Positions 1 to 11,019 of a stretch of 64,000 bases of DNA are shown piece after piece. Every line of letters starts with the position of its first letter. Within the stretch, counting starts at the first letter, position 1. Source of the stretch: Felis catus (Eukaryota); assembly GCF_018350175.1 (NCBI RefSeq), contig NC_058368.1:177570001-177634000 (forward strand), read 5' to 3'. Both the position numbers and the translations under genes were made by a program. Under the pieces are notes generated by a model that had not been told where the DNA came from, searched no databases, and worked only from the letters and a program-made list of their open reading frames with translations.

Positions 1-245
1 GTGGCGAGACCCCTCATCCAGTGGCTCCTGCCCCTCTGGTGGGCTGGGGCAGGTGTTCTACAGCATCTGGCAAGCTGGACCCTCAGTTGCCTGCATTGGT
101 AACTGCACCCAATAGTGACCTCCTGCCCTTGCCTGTCTCATGATCCCAATCTACTTGCCAGTGCTTTCTGGAACCACCTTCCAAATAAACTACTTAGACT
201 CATACCCCCATTTCAAAGTCTATAGTGAGGGAGCCGAACAAAGAA
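1..245 (+). mobile_element. 3' part of an ERVL-class LTR (LTR33/LTR16-like)
   Basis: ctggaaccaccttccaaataaactactt... resembles the polyA/U5 end of LTR33/LTR16 LTRs. Confidence 0.6.
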
Positions 246-969
246 AAGAGAGCATACAGAGGGGGTAGTTCTATGAAGTTGTAGGAGATCAGTGAGGGAG
301 AGTGGCCAAGGTAGGAGGGAATAAATACTGGGAGGTGGGGGTCAGCCTTTGTGCTGGGGCTGATGCCATGACATGACCCTGGTACTGCGGTGGGGCTGTA
401 TGGGCCAAGCCTTGCTCTTATCCCTCTCTTTACTCCTCTGTAGGGTGGAGCTCATCACCTGGGGGTGAGTGAGGATGAGGCCTGTGCTCAGGCCGTGCAG
501 AGAGATCTCTTCCAGGACTAGAGTCATAGGGAGACCCCCAGGCCCAAGCCCCTTGCACCTCCCAACTTACAAGGCCCGGTTGGAGGAGTCTCGGAATTCC
601 CCCTTAGTTTTCCAGACACTTTGGGTCTGGATGAGGGCCCCAAGTACCAAAGCCTTTGAACTGGGTTTAGTGGGTACTCAACAGAGGGTTCAGGAGAGCA
701 GTAACTTTGCTGAGGGAGGCTGGACACTGCACTCAGGCAGAGAATGTCCAAGAAAATCCATTCCTTCCACGTGAAGGTACCAAGACTTCCTTTCTGCACG
801 TCTCCCTTCTCAAATTCATTGATTCAGCGGATACTGATTGAGCACCTTTGGGGCACCCTAGATGTCAGGAGGGTCGTGCAGAGGACAAGGTAGGCATGAC
901 CCTCACCTTCACTGGCTTTTCAGTTACAGAAATAAACTAGACTAGAAACAAGACAATAGGCGAGATACT

Positions 970-1260
970 TTTGAAGGTACAAACTTGCAACACGTAGTAA
1001 ATACGCCCTAGAAATCTGACGCACAGTAGAGCGAATACAGATAACAGTATTGCATTACAGCTGTCAAACTTGCAAAGAGACTAGATCTTAATTATCCCAA
1101 CCACGAAAAAGAAATAATAATTATGTAATGTGAGAGAGGTGCAAATTATCACTACAGTGGCAAACATATCACAACATAGAAATGCATCAAATCAATATGT
1201 TGTACACCGTAAATGTGCACAATGTTATATGTCAAATATATTTCAGTTAAAAGAAAAAAA
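970..1260 (+). mobile_element. L1 3' UTR fragment with A tail (L1MA/L1_Carn-like)
   Basis: atcaatatgttgtacaccgtaaatgtgcacaatgttatatgtcaaatatatttcag followed by an A-rich tail is a typical L1 3' end. Confidence 0.8.
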
Positions 1261-1530
1261 AGACAAAGTAACAAATTGCAAATTGAGAAAATTACTACGA
1301 GAGAAACCAGATAACCGTTAGGAGTTAAAAGGGAAGCTCACTTTGAGTTTCTCTGATGTCCCTGTGATACCCCAGCTGAGACTCAAGGGAGAAGGAACCA
1401 GCTACAGAAACACAGTCTGCACAGAGAAGGCCCCTGTGCCCAGGGGTAATGGATTCAGTGGACGCACACTGAGCTGTCCCTGAGCCAGGCACGACTGCAT
1501 GGAGAGACTCCTTTAATCCTCATCACTTGA

Positions 1531-1752
1531 GGGGCGCCTGGGTGGCTCAGTGGGTTAAGCGTCCAACTTTAGCTCAGGTCATGATCTCACAGTCTGTGAG
1601 TTCGAGCCCCACGTCAAGCTCTGTGCTGACAGCTCAGAGCCTGGAGCCTGTTTTAGATTCTGTGTCTCCCTCTCTCTCTGCCCCTCCCCCGCTCATGCTC
1701 TGTCTCTCTCTGTCTCAAAAAGAAATAAAAACATTTTAAAAAATTTAAAAAA
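1531..1752 (+). mobile_element. Can-SINE (SINEC_Fc type) inserted in a MIR
   Basis: GGGGCGCCTGGGTGGCTCAG head, CT tract, A tail; imperfect TSD aatcctcatcacttg/aatcctcatccctcg. Confidence 0.95.
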
Positions 1753-2059
1753 AATCCTCATCCCTCGGGGAGGAACATGTTAGGATTCTCTTTCACAGAT
1801 GAGGAGACGGAGGCTCAGAGAGGACATGTTGCCCAAGGCCAACACAGCCAGTGAGTGGGGATGCAGGATTCCTATGCTGGTACACCTGGGTCCTGCCTTG
1901 AGGTCTTTGCCCGTGCCATTCTCTGAACAACATTCTACACCCTTCCTTCTCAGGTCCTGGCTAAATGCCACTCTCCCACCTCAGAAATCACCTCTTCCAG
2001 GAAGCCTTCCCTAACTGGCCACAGCTGGGTTAAGGTCCTTTTCTGCATTTCCACAGGCC

Positions 2060-2450
2060 GCTTGAAGACCAGCAACCGCATAGTGTTAAAATCATCTCTA
2101 GTTCTGGGAATGTCTTTTCTTCATGCCATTCCTGTGGTTCCGGCAGAATCCGCCAGGCTAGTAAATTGCCCCTCCCCTGGCCACTATTGATTGGTCGAGG
2201 GGCAAACACCTGATACAAGCTAAGCCAGTTAGAAACCTTCCCTGGGACCTTGAAATTGGAAGCGAGAAAGAGGAGTCCTCTCTGTGCAGGTGTCAGAGCT
2301 GAAAGCCTATGAAGCACTTCCTGGGTTTCCCACCCCAGGCTCAGGCTATGACTCCAGCCCATCCCTGGCGTGAATTCAGCCCTTGAAGGCCAGACCGCCC
2401 ACAGTAGCCCTCTCATTTCTGTTACTCATAACTGAAAGACTCCAAATACA
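2060..2450 (+). mobile_element. MaLR LTR (MLT1-like)
   Basis: ends ...tttctgttactcataactgaaagactccaaataca, an MLT1-type 3' terminus. Confidence 0.55.
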
Positions 2451-2639
2451 AGGTGCTTAGTAAACATTTATTAAATGAACGAGTTTCAATGAGCCCTTCC
2501 TTGGTGGTATGTTAATTTGGAAAAAAAAATAACAATAAAGCTGTTTTTGTCCGAGACTGAAAAACCCAGCTGGCAGGCTCCCTGGGTCCAGAAAGGAGGA
2601 AGATGACAGGCCAAGCCCCAGCAAGAGGCCCCATTGCAT

Positions 2640-2672
2640 GGGCTGGGGCTGGGGGAGGGGGGGAGGGCGGGG
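2640..2672 (+). other. Potential G-quadruplex
   Basis: six runs of three or more G with 1-2 nt loops. Confidence 0.6.
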
Positions 2673-4639
2673 AACAAGCACATCTTCCTAGGCTGTCCTC
2701 CCTCTCCGGGGAGTCACCCTCAGACAGAAGGTCACAGGTCTGAAATGGGTCCCTCCCAGTGACCTGGCCAGGCCTTGGGTGTGAGCTGGAGGAAGAGGCA
2801 TGAGTTTGTCTGGGAGCCAGAGGTCACCAGTCAGAGCGGATGCTTTGAATTTAGACCCGGGTTTATGAGCCGCAGCGGCCGCCAGCAGAGGACAGGGCCC
2901 AGCCCTTCCCAGGCCAGGGGCCGCGGGGAGGAAGGCACTTTTAATGGAGTGCCTGTTTCTCCCAAATATTACGCTAGGCAAGGAGTTTGGACTAAAATGA
3001 AAGCAGAGGGTCTAATTTTAGACAGTACCTATGAATGAAACTTGACCCAAGCTGGGGAGAAAATACCTTCCACGAGCCCGTGCCAGGACCAGTGTGTGTG
3101 ATTTTCTGCTAAATTAGGCAGCTCCTGCAAACAGGTTACTGCGGGGACTCGGGACTCAGGCTTTTTTCCCCTCTTCTCTCCACAAAGTTAGTCAGACTCT
3201 TTATTTCTAAATATACATCCCCTCCTCCCCTTTGCCTCCTTCTTTTACGAAAGCTTCTGGTCACTGCGTCCCTGGATGTTCTGGCTACTTAACTGTTCGT
3301 TCTTCCTCTTTCTTCTGCCCTGCCCTTCGCTGTGTGACCCTACCTAGGACTAAGGACTCCAGACATTAGGTCAAGCAACATGGGACTCCAGAGCCCTGGG
3401 GGCCACACTACCAGAGCCCACAGTCAGCTTGGCTGGGGTCCGATGGAAGCCAGACCCAGACCGCGGACTCCACGAAGGCAAGGTTCGCATCTGTCCTGTG
3501 TCCCGCTGCCTCCTAAGGGCCTGGCACTTGGTCTGCTGAGGATCTAGCTTCAGTCAACACTACGGGAAGGATACCTGCCTTCTTGACTGCTGTATGTGAG
3601 CTCGGTTGAATAGAGCATGAGCCATCCTTTCTTTGCTTTTTTTTTCCTTTCAAATGATTTGACAGTGTTGCCCAAGAGCAAAAGAAGAGTTTGAACCACC
3701 ACCACCACAGATATGACAGTGGCAGATAGAGAAATGGCCGCCCCCAGATGCTAACAGGCTAGGGCTCCTATTCCGGCCGTGTCTCTTCTGGCCTGCTGTC
3801 TTCAGTAGACCATCTGTAAAGTGGGGACTGCAATCTCGACTTTTCCAAGTGGCCTGACCGGTGACTCTCCCCAGGACATTCCTCCACCTCTCTTCCCCGC
3901 TCCAGCTCCAACCAGGGGCCAGGCCAGACTTGGGGGCGAAGGCGGAATCACGTCAGCCAAGCAGGACAGAGTCTGGAACGCAGCTCAGTTCCCAGTCTGG
4001 GGCGCGGCCCTGGCCCAGCTAAGGATCCGGTTCATCTGTAGCCGGGCTCTGTGGCTTTGGAGTGAAGGTCCATAGAGCATCCAAAGCATCCCCGAAAACT
4101 AAGCAAGCCTGGGGTGGGGACGGTGTCTCAGTGGTGACACCGGTCATGGAGATGGGCTGGGGCAATGTGGGCGCCCTCCCCAGCAAGCCCTGACCATTTG
4201 CTTGTCGTATGTCAAATGACTCAGCCATTTGGGACCCATTTTCCCTTCTCTAGAAACCTTCCCAGCAATGTTCCTGGGGAGGAGAGAAGAAACTTCCCTA
4301 GATGTGTTTATCTCTGAGCATTTTGGACTCACCAGCCTCCACGGTTGTGTAAGCCACATTGTCTTCCTTAAAAGAAATACCTCTCTCCCTGGAGAACCCT
4401 GACTCATACAGTAGGAATACATCTATTCCTTTACCAACCCACAGCTTCCATAGAGCCGAACTTTCTTGTCCAGCCACAGCACAGGGGGTGCCTCCTGGCC
4501 AATGCACAACAATCCGTGTGGCCCTGCCTTCCTCCCCAAAGCCCTACCTCACTTCCTGCAAGAGCTTGCTTCTGTAAAACTGGGTGTACATCTGGGTTTT
4601 CTTTGTGTAAACTGAAATCTCTTAAGTAAACTCAGAGTA

Positions 4640-5030
4640 TCAGGGAGAATGCTTTCGGCAACAAAACCCCAAAACCCCAACTCATAAACCATAAGTAAAT
4701 ATTTAGCTCATGTATTAGAAAGCCCAGGTGCAGGGCAGACTCCGAGACAGGCTAAGTCAGCTCAGGATTACCATCAACACTGGGTTCATTCCAGGCATCT
4801 TCCATGTCTCAGTCTTGGTAGCCCTCAGCCTGGTGGTAACACGGCCACAGTGGTTTCAGCCTCTCCACCAGACACTACCACATGAGGGGAGAGTGGGAGA
4901 CCCTGGTCTTCTGTGGCTCTCACTTAGAGGGGAGAAAAGTCCTCCTGAAAGCCCACAGCAGATTCCCCATACATCTCATGGGGCCACATGGCCCCTCCTG
5001 AAGCAACACTAGTAAGGCAGGTGCAATCAT
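4640..5030 (-). mobile_element. MaLR LTR (MLT1-like), degraded
   Basis: starts tatcagggagaatgctttcggcaac and has MLT1-like internal motifs. Confidence 0.5.
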
Positions 5031-5449
5031 ATTAACAGCCAGGCTAACCACTTTGGATGCACTGGGTGTTACAATGAATAGGGGGAACAATTGAATCATC
5101 CCCCACACTTGGGGTATCCTCTCTTAAAAGAATCCCTGTGCATTATACAGCATTGTGAGAAAGGTTCCGTTAGAGACATGGGTTCAGACAAGGCTGGTTA
5201 TTGCACATGCTAACAATTATTTCGAATTGCATTCTACTATTTTGTGCCCCTCCAAGTATTTCTAGAGGCCATAAATACCACCGCCAACATGTCACTCTCT
5301 TCCAGTGTGGCTTTCTCCAGTCTGGAGTAAGAGATGTCACCACACACAATGAGGATCAGGAATAAAGTGACAACAGCATGCCTGGCACAGCATGTACAAT
5401 ATGTCATTTAATTCCCTCGGGAGCGGTAGAAAGTAGCTGCCGTGATCCC

Positions 5450-5830
5450 TTATGTCAGTTAGGGATGCTTTGGGTGCAAGTAGCAGAACATCCAAAGACT
5501 GACAAAAGGCCTGACTCTCTCCCGTAACGAGGAGCCCCACGTTTGATGCCACAGTTCAGCATTGTCATCAGGAGCTTTCTATCCTTCCCCTGTTCGCTCC
5601 AGTGCACAAGCTTTTATTTATGGGATCATCATCTCATGGTTGTAACATGATTGCTTCAGCTACAACTATCACATTGTTGCACAAAGGAATTCAAGGCAGA
5701 GAGGAAAAGGAGGCAAATGTTGGGCATAAACCTCCAACCAGACTTCCTATTGGTCTGGACTAGGTCACATGCCAACTCCTCAGCCAATCACTGGTTTAGA
5801 CCAAAAACAATGCACCTCCATGGTAAGCAC
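5450..5830 (-). mobile_element. MaLR LTR (MLT1K/L-like), degraded
   Basis: tgtcagttagggatgctttgggtgcaagtagcaga is the reverse complement of an MLT1 3' end. Confidence 0.6.
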
Positions 5831-6144
5831 ATTACCACTTGGATGAACCCTTTCTAGCAAGGAAAATGGGGTCATAGGTATTCGGTGGGCTACTAAATGT
5901 CTGGCACATGCCTGTTCTACAAATAATGAAACAGAGTCTCGAAGGGAGTAAGTGAAATGCCAAAGTCCATCCAGCAGCAAGAGGCAGAAAGTAGGATTCA
6001 AACTCAAGTTGAGATATTCCATGTCAAGCATCTTAAGCATCTTTCCATTGTGCCATGAGAGCAGGAGAGGATATATATCCTGAAGCTCTTGTTTATTCAC
6101 ATTCCTGAACCTTCCATTGGCCAATTATACACTCCCTGCTGACT

Positions 6145-6253
6145 CTACTTGGTCACCCCAAGTATGAACAGGACCCCACACTCACTGACCACATGGCCCC
6201 ATCGCTGTTGCAGCCAACCCAACAAGGACTTCCAGTGTGCTATTTGGGGGTAT
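6145..6253 (-). CDS. Candidate terminal coding exon F of an unidentified small gene (YPQIAHWKSLLGWLQQRWGHVVSECGVLFILGVTK*)
   Basis: acceptor gttgtttctag; phase 2 fits exon E; TAG at 6147-6145; AATAAA at 6097-6092. An internal donor TCA|gtgagt at 6186/6185 is an alternative end. Confidence 0.25.
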
Positions 6254-6639
6254 CTAGAAACAACTCTGCTGCTTTCCAAGTGTAGTCATTAACACCCAGC
6301 TGTTAAAGGCTACGGCTCCCTATTTGCACGGAGACATTTTTATGACCTCCAGTGAACATGAGAGAATGGCAACCAGAACAATTTATAGACTTCATCCTCG
6401 GGCCTGTGATGCTATAAATGTTTAATGCTTTTTCCAGGTATGGATTGGGGGAAGCTGTATGCATAAACCTTGAATTGACAAAGGCCTGACACAGAAGGGT
6501 AGAGGTCACAGGAAAACATGGCAGACAAAATTTTGCCTGGGGAATCATGACACCTGCTTCCAGCCCCATCCCGGATGCTGATCAGCTGGGGCACCCTGAG
6601 CTGGCTTCCTCTTTCTTCTTTCTGGCTGCTCCCTCTCAC

Positions 6640-6665
6640 CTTCCTTGCTTTTGACCACAACTATC
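6640..6665 (-). CDS. Candidate 26-nt exon E (DSCGQKQG-R)
   Basis: acceptor ttcttttcctccag, donor AAG|gtgaga; phase 0 to 2. Confidence 0.3.
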
Positions 6666-7504
6666 CTGGAGGAAAAGAACTAATTCTTATTCATCTTTGT
6701 TTACTTTTTAATGTCTAACGTCCGGCACATAAGTATTCATGAATCAATGAACGAATGTGTAAATAAATGAAATACATAGATGTCTCTCTTCCTTGAGGGA
6801 GAAGCAATATCTGATTTCTCTGTTCTTATCTGCAACAGAGAGGAGCTCAACCAGGTTGAATGAGTGAGTGAAATGTTTCAAACCTGAGGCTGAGTCTACT
6901 TACTCCACTTGGCCAAGGAGCTGGCCCCTGTACTTGCTGGTTCTTCTGCCTAGATAGAACTTTCCTCCCCTGACTCATTCAGATCTCAGCTCAAATATCC
7001 CTTCTCAGGGAGGCTGTATCTGATCACCCTGACCCCGCCTTCAGTACCTCTTTATGCTTCATCACAGCTCCTTGTTCATTTTCCTTCCTAGTACTTTTAT
7101 CAAAAGGCAATAATTGTCTTTGCTTATGGTCTGCCTCCCCCGACAACAATAGGAGCTCCTTGAAAGCAGGGCCTTGTTGGTCTCCTTCGCCCCGGTGTCC
7201 CCATTAGAATGTCTAGGACATAGTGGAAGTTCAATAAGCATTTACTGAGTGAATGGATAAATGAATATGGCTCCCAACTTTTTGTAAAGCTTCCCAATGG
7301 CCCCTCCCCAGAGCCAGAGGCTCTTTCTTGTGCATCCAAATCCCTTCGGGGCCTCTTCCAATATAAAGTATCTTAAAGTCTTTCCAGCCTTGGTGTCATA
7401 ACTCCACACCATCTTGGCCTCTTACCCCCCTGATCATGCTTTCCATCCTTCTCCTACCCCAGAGCCCTATCCTTCAACCTCTCAATTACTGGACCTTTAA
7501 TTAT

Positions 7505-7830
7505 GCTGCAACCACACAATGGAATATTATACAGCTATTAAAAATGATAGTAAAGAAGTGCCTATATTGACAAGGAAAGTCACTCACAACATATTGCTAA
7601 TCACATTATGACATTTTATAAAACTAGTCTGGTTTATGTCTAACTACCTTTATGTAGGCAGTTAGATCGCACTTCCCATAATCTCTCTTTGTAAGTGTAT
7701 GTGCATGCAATGCATGGAAACAATCAGATCATGTGACAAAATGTTACCAGTGATAATATCTGCCTATTTCCCTTCTTGATGTTGTCCTCTGTTTTCTAAT
7801 TTTGTCATGATGTTTCCGTATCCCTTGTAT
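7505..7830 (+). mobile_element. Old L1M 3' fragment
   Basis: ccacacaatggaatattatacagctattaaaaatga is the L1 ORF2-end/3' UTR motif. Confidence 0.7.
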
Positions 7831-8272
7831 AATTTCTAAAAAATATTAAGGTGAACCATACAAAATCTTCCATTTCATATGATTAGATGAGATAAATAAA
7901 CTAGAAGATCAACGATCATTTAGGTAGGGTTAGCGGTGAGGGCGCATTAGAGAGAATATAAAGACTAAGAGACCCAAGACGGCATGCTGAGTGAAACTGC
8001 CATTAGGGAACAATCCCACCAGTGGGACCAGGTTTAGGGAAAAAGAAATGATGCAGGTCTTTTAAAGCCAAAAGACTGTGAGCCACCTATGTCCTGTATT
8101 AGGACACTACAGTCCCTGGTTACTGCTAATCTACAGGTGACACCTAGGATTATTGATTAGGTAAGCAATGGGACAACTGGAGGTGATTTCTGTTGTGTCT
8201 GTGGTTTTCAGCGTCCCCTGCCTGGGCTCCATAAGTAGAGTGCTCAATTTGGGAATGATGGTGCCCACTTAC

Positions 8273-8311
8273 CACTTGAGCAGAAGTCAGCTCGACCCCA
8301 TTGTCAGTAGC
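8273..8311 (-). CDS. Candidate 39-nt exon D (ATDNGVELTSAQV); an alternative acceptor gives 47 nt (to 8319)
   Basis: long polypyrimidine tract at 8335-8378 on the minus strand, acceptors gacttag/tctcccag, consensus donor GTG|gtaagt. Confidence 0.4.
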
Positions 8312-8478
8312 CTGGGAGACTAAGTCAAGATTCACCAAAGGAAAGAGAAGAAGAGAGAGGAAAGGGAAGGAAGAAAGGATATTGTATTTTCCAAGCACAA
8401 AGGTCAATGGCAGGTGCTTTCTCTAGCATGCTAAAGCTTTTCACACCATAGTTTCTGGAGGCGGGAGTGACGCCATAC

Positions 8479-8513
8479 GTCTATGGCAATCATTTGAGAG
8501 AACTGAATGATCC
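8479..8513 (-). CDS. Candidate 35-nt exon C (G-IIQFSQMIAID)
   Basis: acceptor ttttcctttcgtag, donor GAC|gtatgg; phase 1 to 0. Confidence 0.3.
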
Positions 8514-8783
8514 CTACGAAAGGAAAATCCCTGATTTAGACATTCCAAAGAGACTTTTGTGAAGCTAGCTCCAGAGCAAAGACCCTGATGTGCTGTGGCA
8601 TTTGTCGGAAGGGTTTGTCACAGATAAGCCCCCAGTCAGAAGTGGGAAGCAAAGGGTAAAGAAGATGGCAAGAGGGTGGAGTCTCCCAGGCATTGGTGGT
8701 TCTGGAAAGAGTCAAAACCAGCCTCAGTCACTGCACCCAAACCACACACCAAGATGCTCTGAACAGTTAGTGCAGACATTCAC

Positions 8784-8814
8784 CCTCAGGGCAAGAAGGG
8801 ACTCCACCCAGCCT
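8784..8814 (-). CDS. Candidate 31-nt exon B (RLGGVPSCPE)
   Basis: acceptor gtctttgctttccag, donor AGG|gtgaat; phase 0 to 1. Confidence 0.3.
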
Positions 8815-9049
8815 CTGGAAAGCAAAGACAGCATAAGCTAAGGTGCATTTGAGAAAATGACAGGGGAAGCAAATGTAATATACCTGCATATTAAAAGGAA
8901 AAAGAAAAAAAGAAGGCCAAAATGAAAATGGCAAGACCCAAAATTTGAAGAAAAAATTTTTCAACCAAAAATGACAAAGAGCTAAAAAAAGCATTAGTAT
9001 TTCAGTTGTTTTAAAAAAAGAAAAATAGGGAGAGAGAGAATTCAGCTTC

Positions 9050-9780
9050 AATAGAAATCAAAGAAATGCAAATTCAAACGAGAAAATGTCAATTCTCTGT
9101 TGTCAAATTACTAACATTTTTAAAGGTTAAAAGGATATAAGACCACATGCTAATGGGGATAGGTAGTATGGGCACTCGATATTCAGGTGTAGATATGTGA
9201 ATTTATGTATATAAATCTATATATTATATTAACAGTATATAACAGAAGTTTGAGAGTATTCAAGACCTTTGGCTCAGTCATTCTATTTCTGAGCATCTAT
9301 CTTAGGAAAACAATCCTTTAAAAAATCATCAAACTTTAATTATTTATAATAGTTTAAAAGTGGAAACAGCACTGGGTGTTGTATGGAAACCAATTTGACA
9401 ATAAATTTCATATATTGAAAAAAATAAAAAATAAAAAAATAAAAGTGGAGACAACTGAAATCTTCAATAATAGCCACTTAAAATGCTATCATAAAGATTT
9501 ACAATGATATATTTATAAAGATGTATTAATAAAGACAAAGACAAACACATAAAATGCTTATCAGATAATATTAAGTGAAGAAAAACCAGGAACAAACTGG
9601 ACATATAGCAGAATCCAAATTTGTAAAAATAAAAATTAAACGGAGTAAAAACGACAACAAAGAAATAACCACCCAACATATATAAATTGATAGGAGGTCA
9701 TTGAAACGGTCAGTGATGGGGGGGGGGTTCTTATTTATCTTATTATTCAAGGATTCTTTAGTACTTTATGATGAAAAAAA
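9050..9780 (+). mobile_element. Old L1M fragment (ORF2 end/3' UTR), interrupted by a young L1 stub
   Basis: aatcaaagaaatgcaaattcaaac and ttctatttctgagcatctatcttaggaaa are L1-like; A-rich. Confidence 0.65.
9369..9440 (+). mobile_element. Extremely 5'-truncated carnivore/felid L1 with TSD
   Basis: gcactgggtgttgtatggaaaccaatttgacaataaatttcata plus A tail; TSD aaaagtggaaaca (9356-9368) / aaaagtggagaca (9441-9453). Confidence 0.85.
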
Positions 9781-9988
9781 AGTCAGCTATAGTTTTTGAC
9801 AAGCAGAAACTTAAACAGATGAGTGGCAAATACTCTGCAATTTCTGTATCACAAGTAATAAAAGGGCATGACATCAGGCACACCCCTGACATACCTGTCA
9901 CATCTTGTCTTCTGTCCCCTAAAGGTACTCCCGCTTCATGCTATTAGAACAGAAGTGAGGTTGGTTCCGATTTGCTTAACAAACTCAC

Positions 9989-10060
9989 ATAGTGCACAAA
10001 TATCAGCAAACCCAAAGAGACGAAAAGAAGGCAAGAATACACAAAGGGGATAATTCTCAT
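9989..10060 (-). CDS. Candidate first coding exon A, signal peptide/anchor-like (MRIIPFVYSCLLFVSLGLLIFVHY)
   Basis: acceptor cttcctatag 5 nt before the ATG, 24 mostly hydrophobic codons, donor TAT|gtgagt in phase 0. Confidence 0.4.
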
Positions 10061-10375
10061 GAGACCTATAGGAAGCTCATCAACTTGATAGTTAGAGAAA
10101 TGCAAAAATAAGGTAGAAGCACTCTTCCTGACCTGGTCTTAAAAGAAAAGAATTCTAGATACGTTGAAAAGTGGGCAGACTAGAAAAAGACACCTTAAAG
10201 CAGACTGGAAAAAAAATTCTCAAAGGGGATTGAAATTCTTACCTCAAAAGAAATATGAATTTGAAATGTGCAATACTGTCTCAAAAGAAAGGTAAATGTA
10301 CATACAATTCGTGAATTTGGTGATAGGCAAATGGAAGCTGGTGTTTCCGGGGGAATGAGATCCAGCTTCTCGAGT

Positions 10376-10608
10376 TTTTCTTTTTCTTGTTAAGTTTTAT
10401 TTATTTTGCAAGAGAGAAAGAGAGAGAGAGAGAGATAGTGCAAGTGGGGGAGGGGCAGAAAGAGAGGGAGAGAGAGAGAATCCCAAGCTGGCTCTGCACT
10501 CTCGGTGCAGAGTCCAATGCAGGGCTTGAACTCATGACCTGTGAGATTATGACCCGAGCTGAAACCAAGGGTCTGATGCTTAACTGATTCAGTCACGTGG
10601 GCGCACAC
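10376..10608 (-). mobile_element. Can-SINE (older felid/carnivore subtype)
   Basis: reverse SINE body; TSD ccagcttctcgagt/ccagcttctggagt. Confidence 0.92.
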
Positions 10609-11019
10609 CCAGCTTCTGGAGTCTAAGTCTCCACTCCTTCACTTGATGGCTGGGTCCACTTTGGAAGTTACTTCATCACTTCCTGGAGGCTTGGTCTTCT
10701 AGTCCGTAAAATGGGAAAGGCATGCCCCCTTTCTGGGTTGCAAGAGCCACTGCTCATTATCGCTGATTTATTAAGCACTCACTCTCTGCCGGCAACGTGC
10801 TTCACACGCATTACGGTAATTCATCAATAATAAGATAACAGATGCCGAGGGCGTATGGGTTCTATGAGTTCTGTTTTTACTTCTTGGTGAATTGGTTTTA
10901 AATAAACAGACTGCACCCTGAATGCTCAACTACAACACAAGAATCTGACACGGTCAATTGGTCCAGCTCCCTGCACTCTGACAAGTGTGGAGTTCTCCAA
11001 CGTTGTCTAATGTGCCTTC

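Noticed and set aside
1531..1610. tRNA-like A/B boxes in SINE heads
   Set aside because: Can-SINE heads are tRNA-derived; these are not tRNA genes
6186..6253. IPPNSTL peptide resembling the FKBP C-terminal motif
   Set aside because: Seven-residue match in a different frame with no other FKBP sequence nearby
6412..6486. FKVYAY resembling an exostosin motif, after a plausible acceptor
   Set aside because: Very short match followed soon by a stop; no other glycosyltransferase similarity
9895..9940. 46-nt exon-like segment (HEAGVPLGDRRQDVT, donor CAG|gtatgt) below exon A
   Set aside because: Would need a 48-nt intron, below the usual mammalian minimum, and the 24-nt alternative puts a stop in frame; left out of the model but worth checking in cDNA
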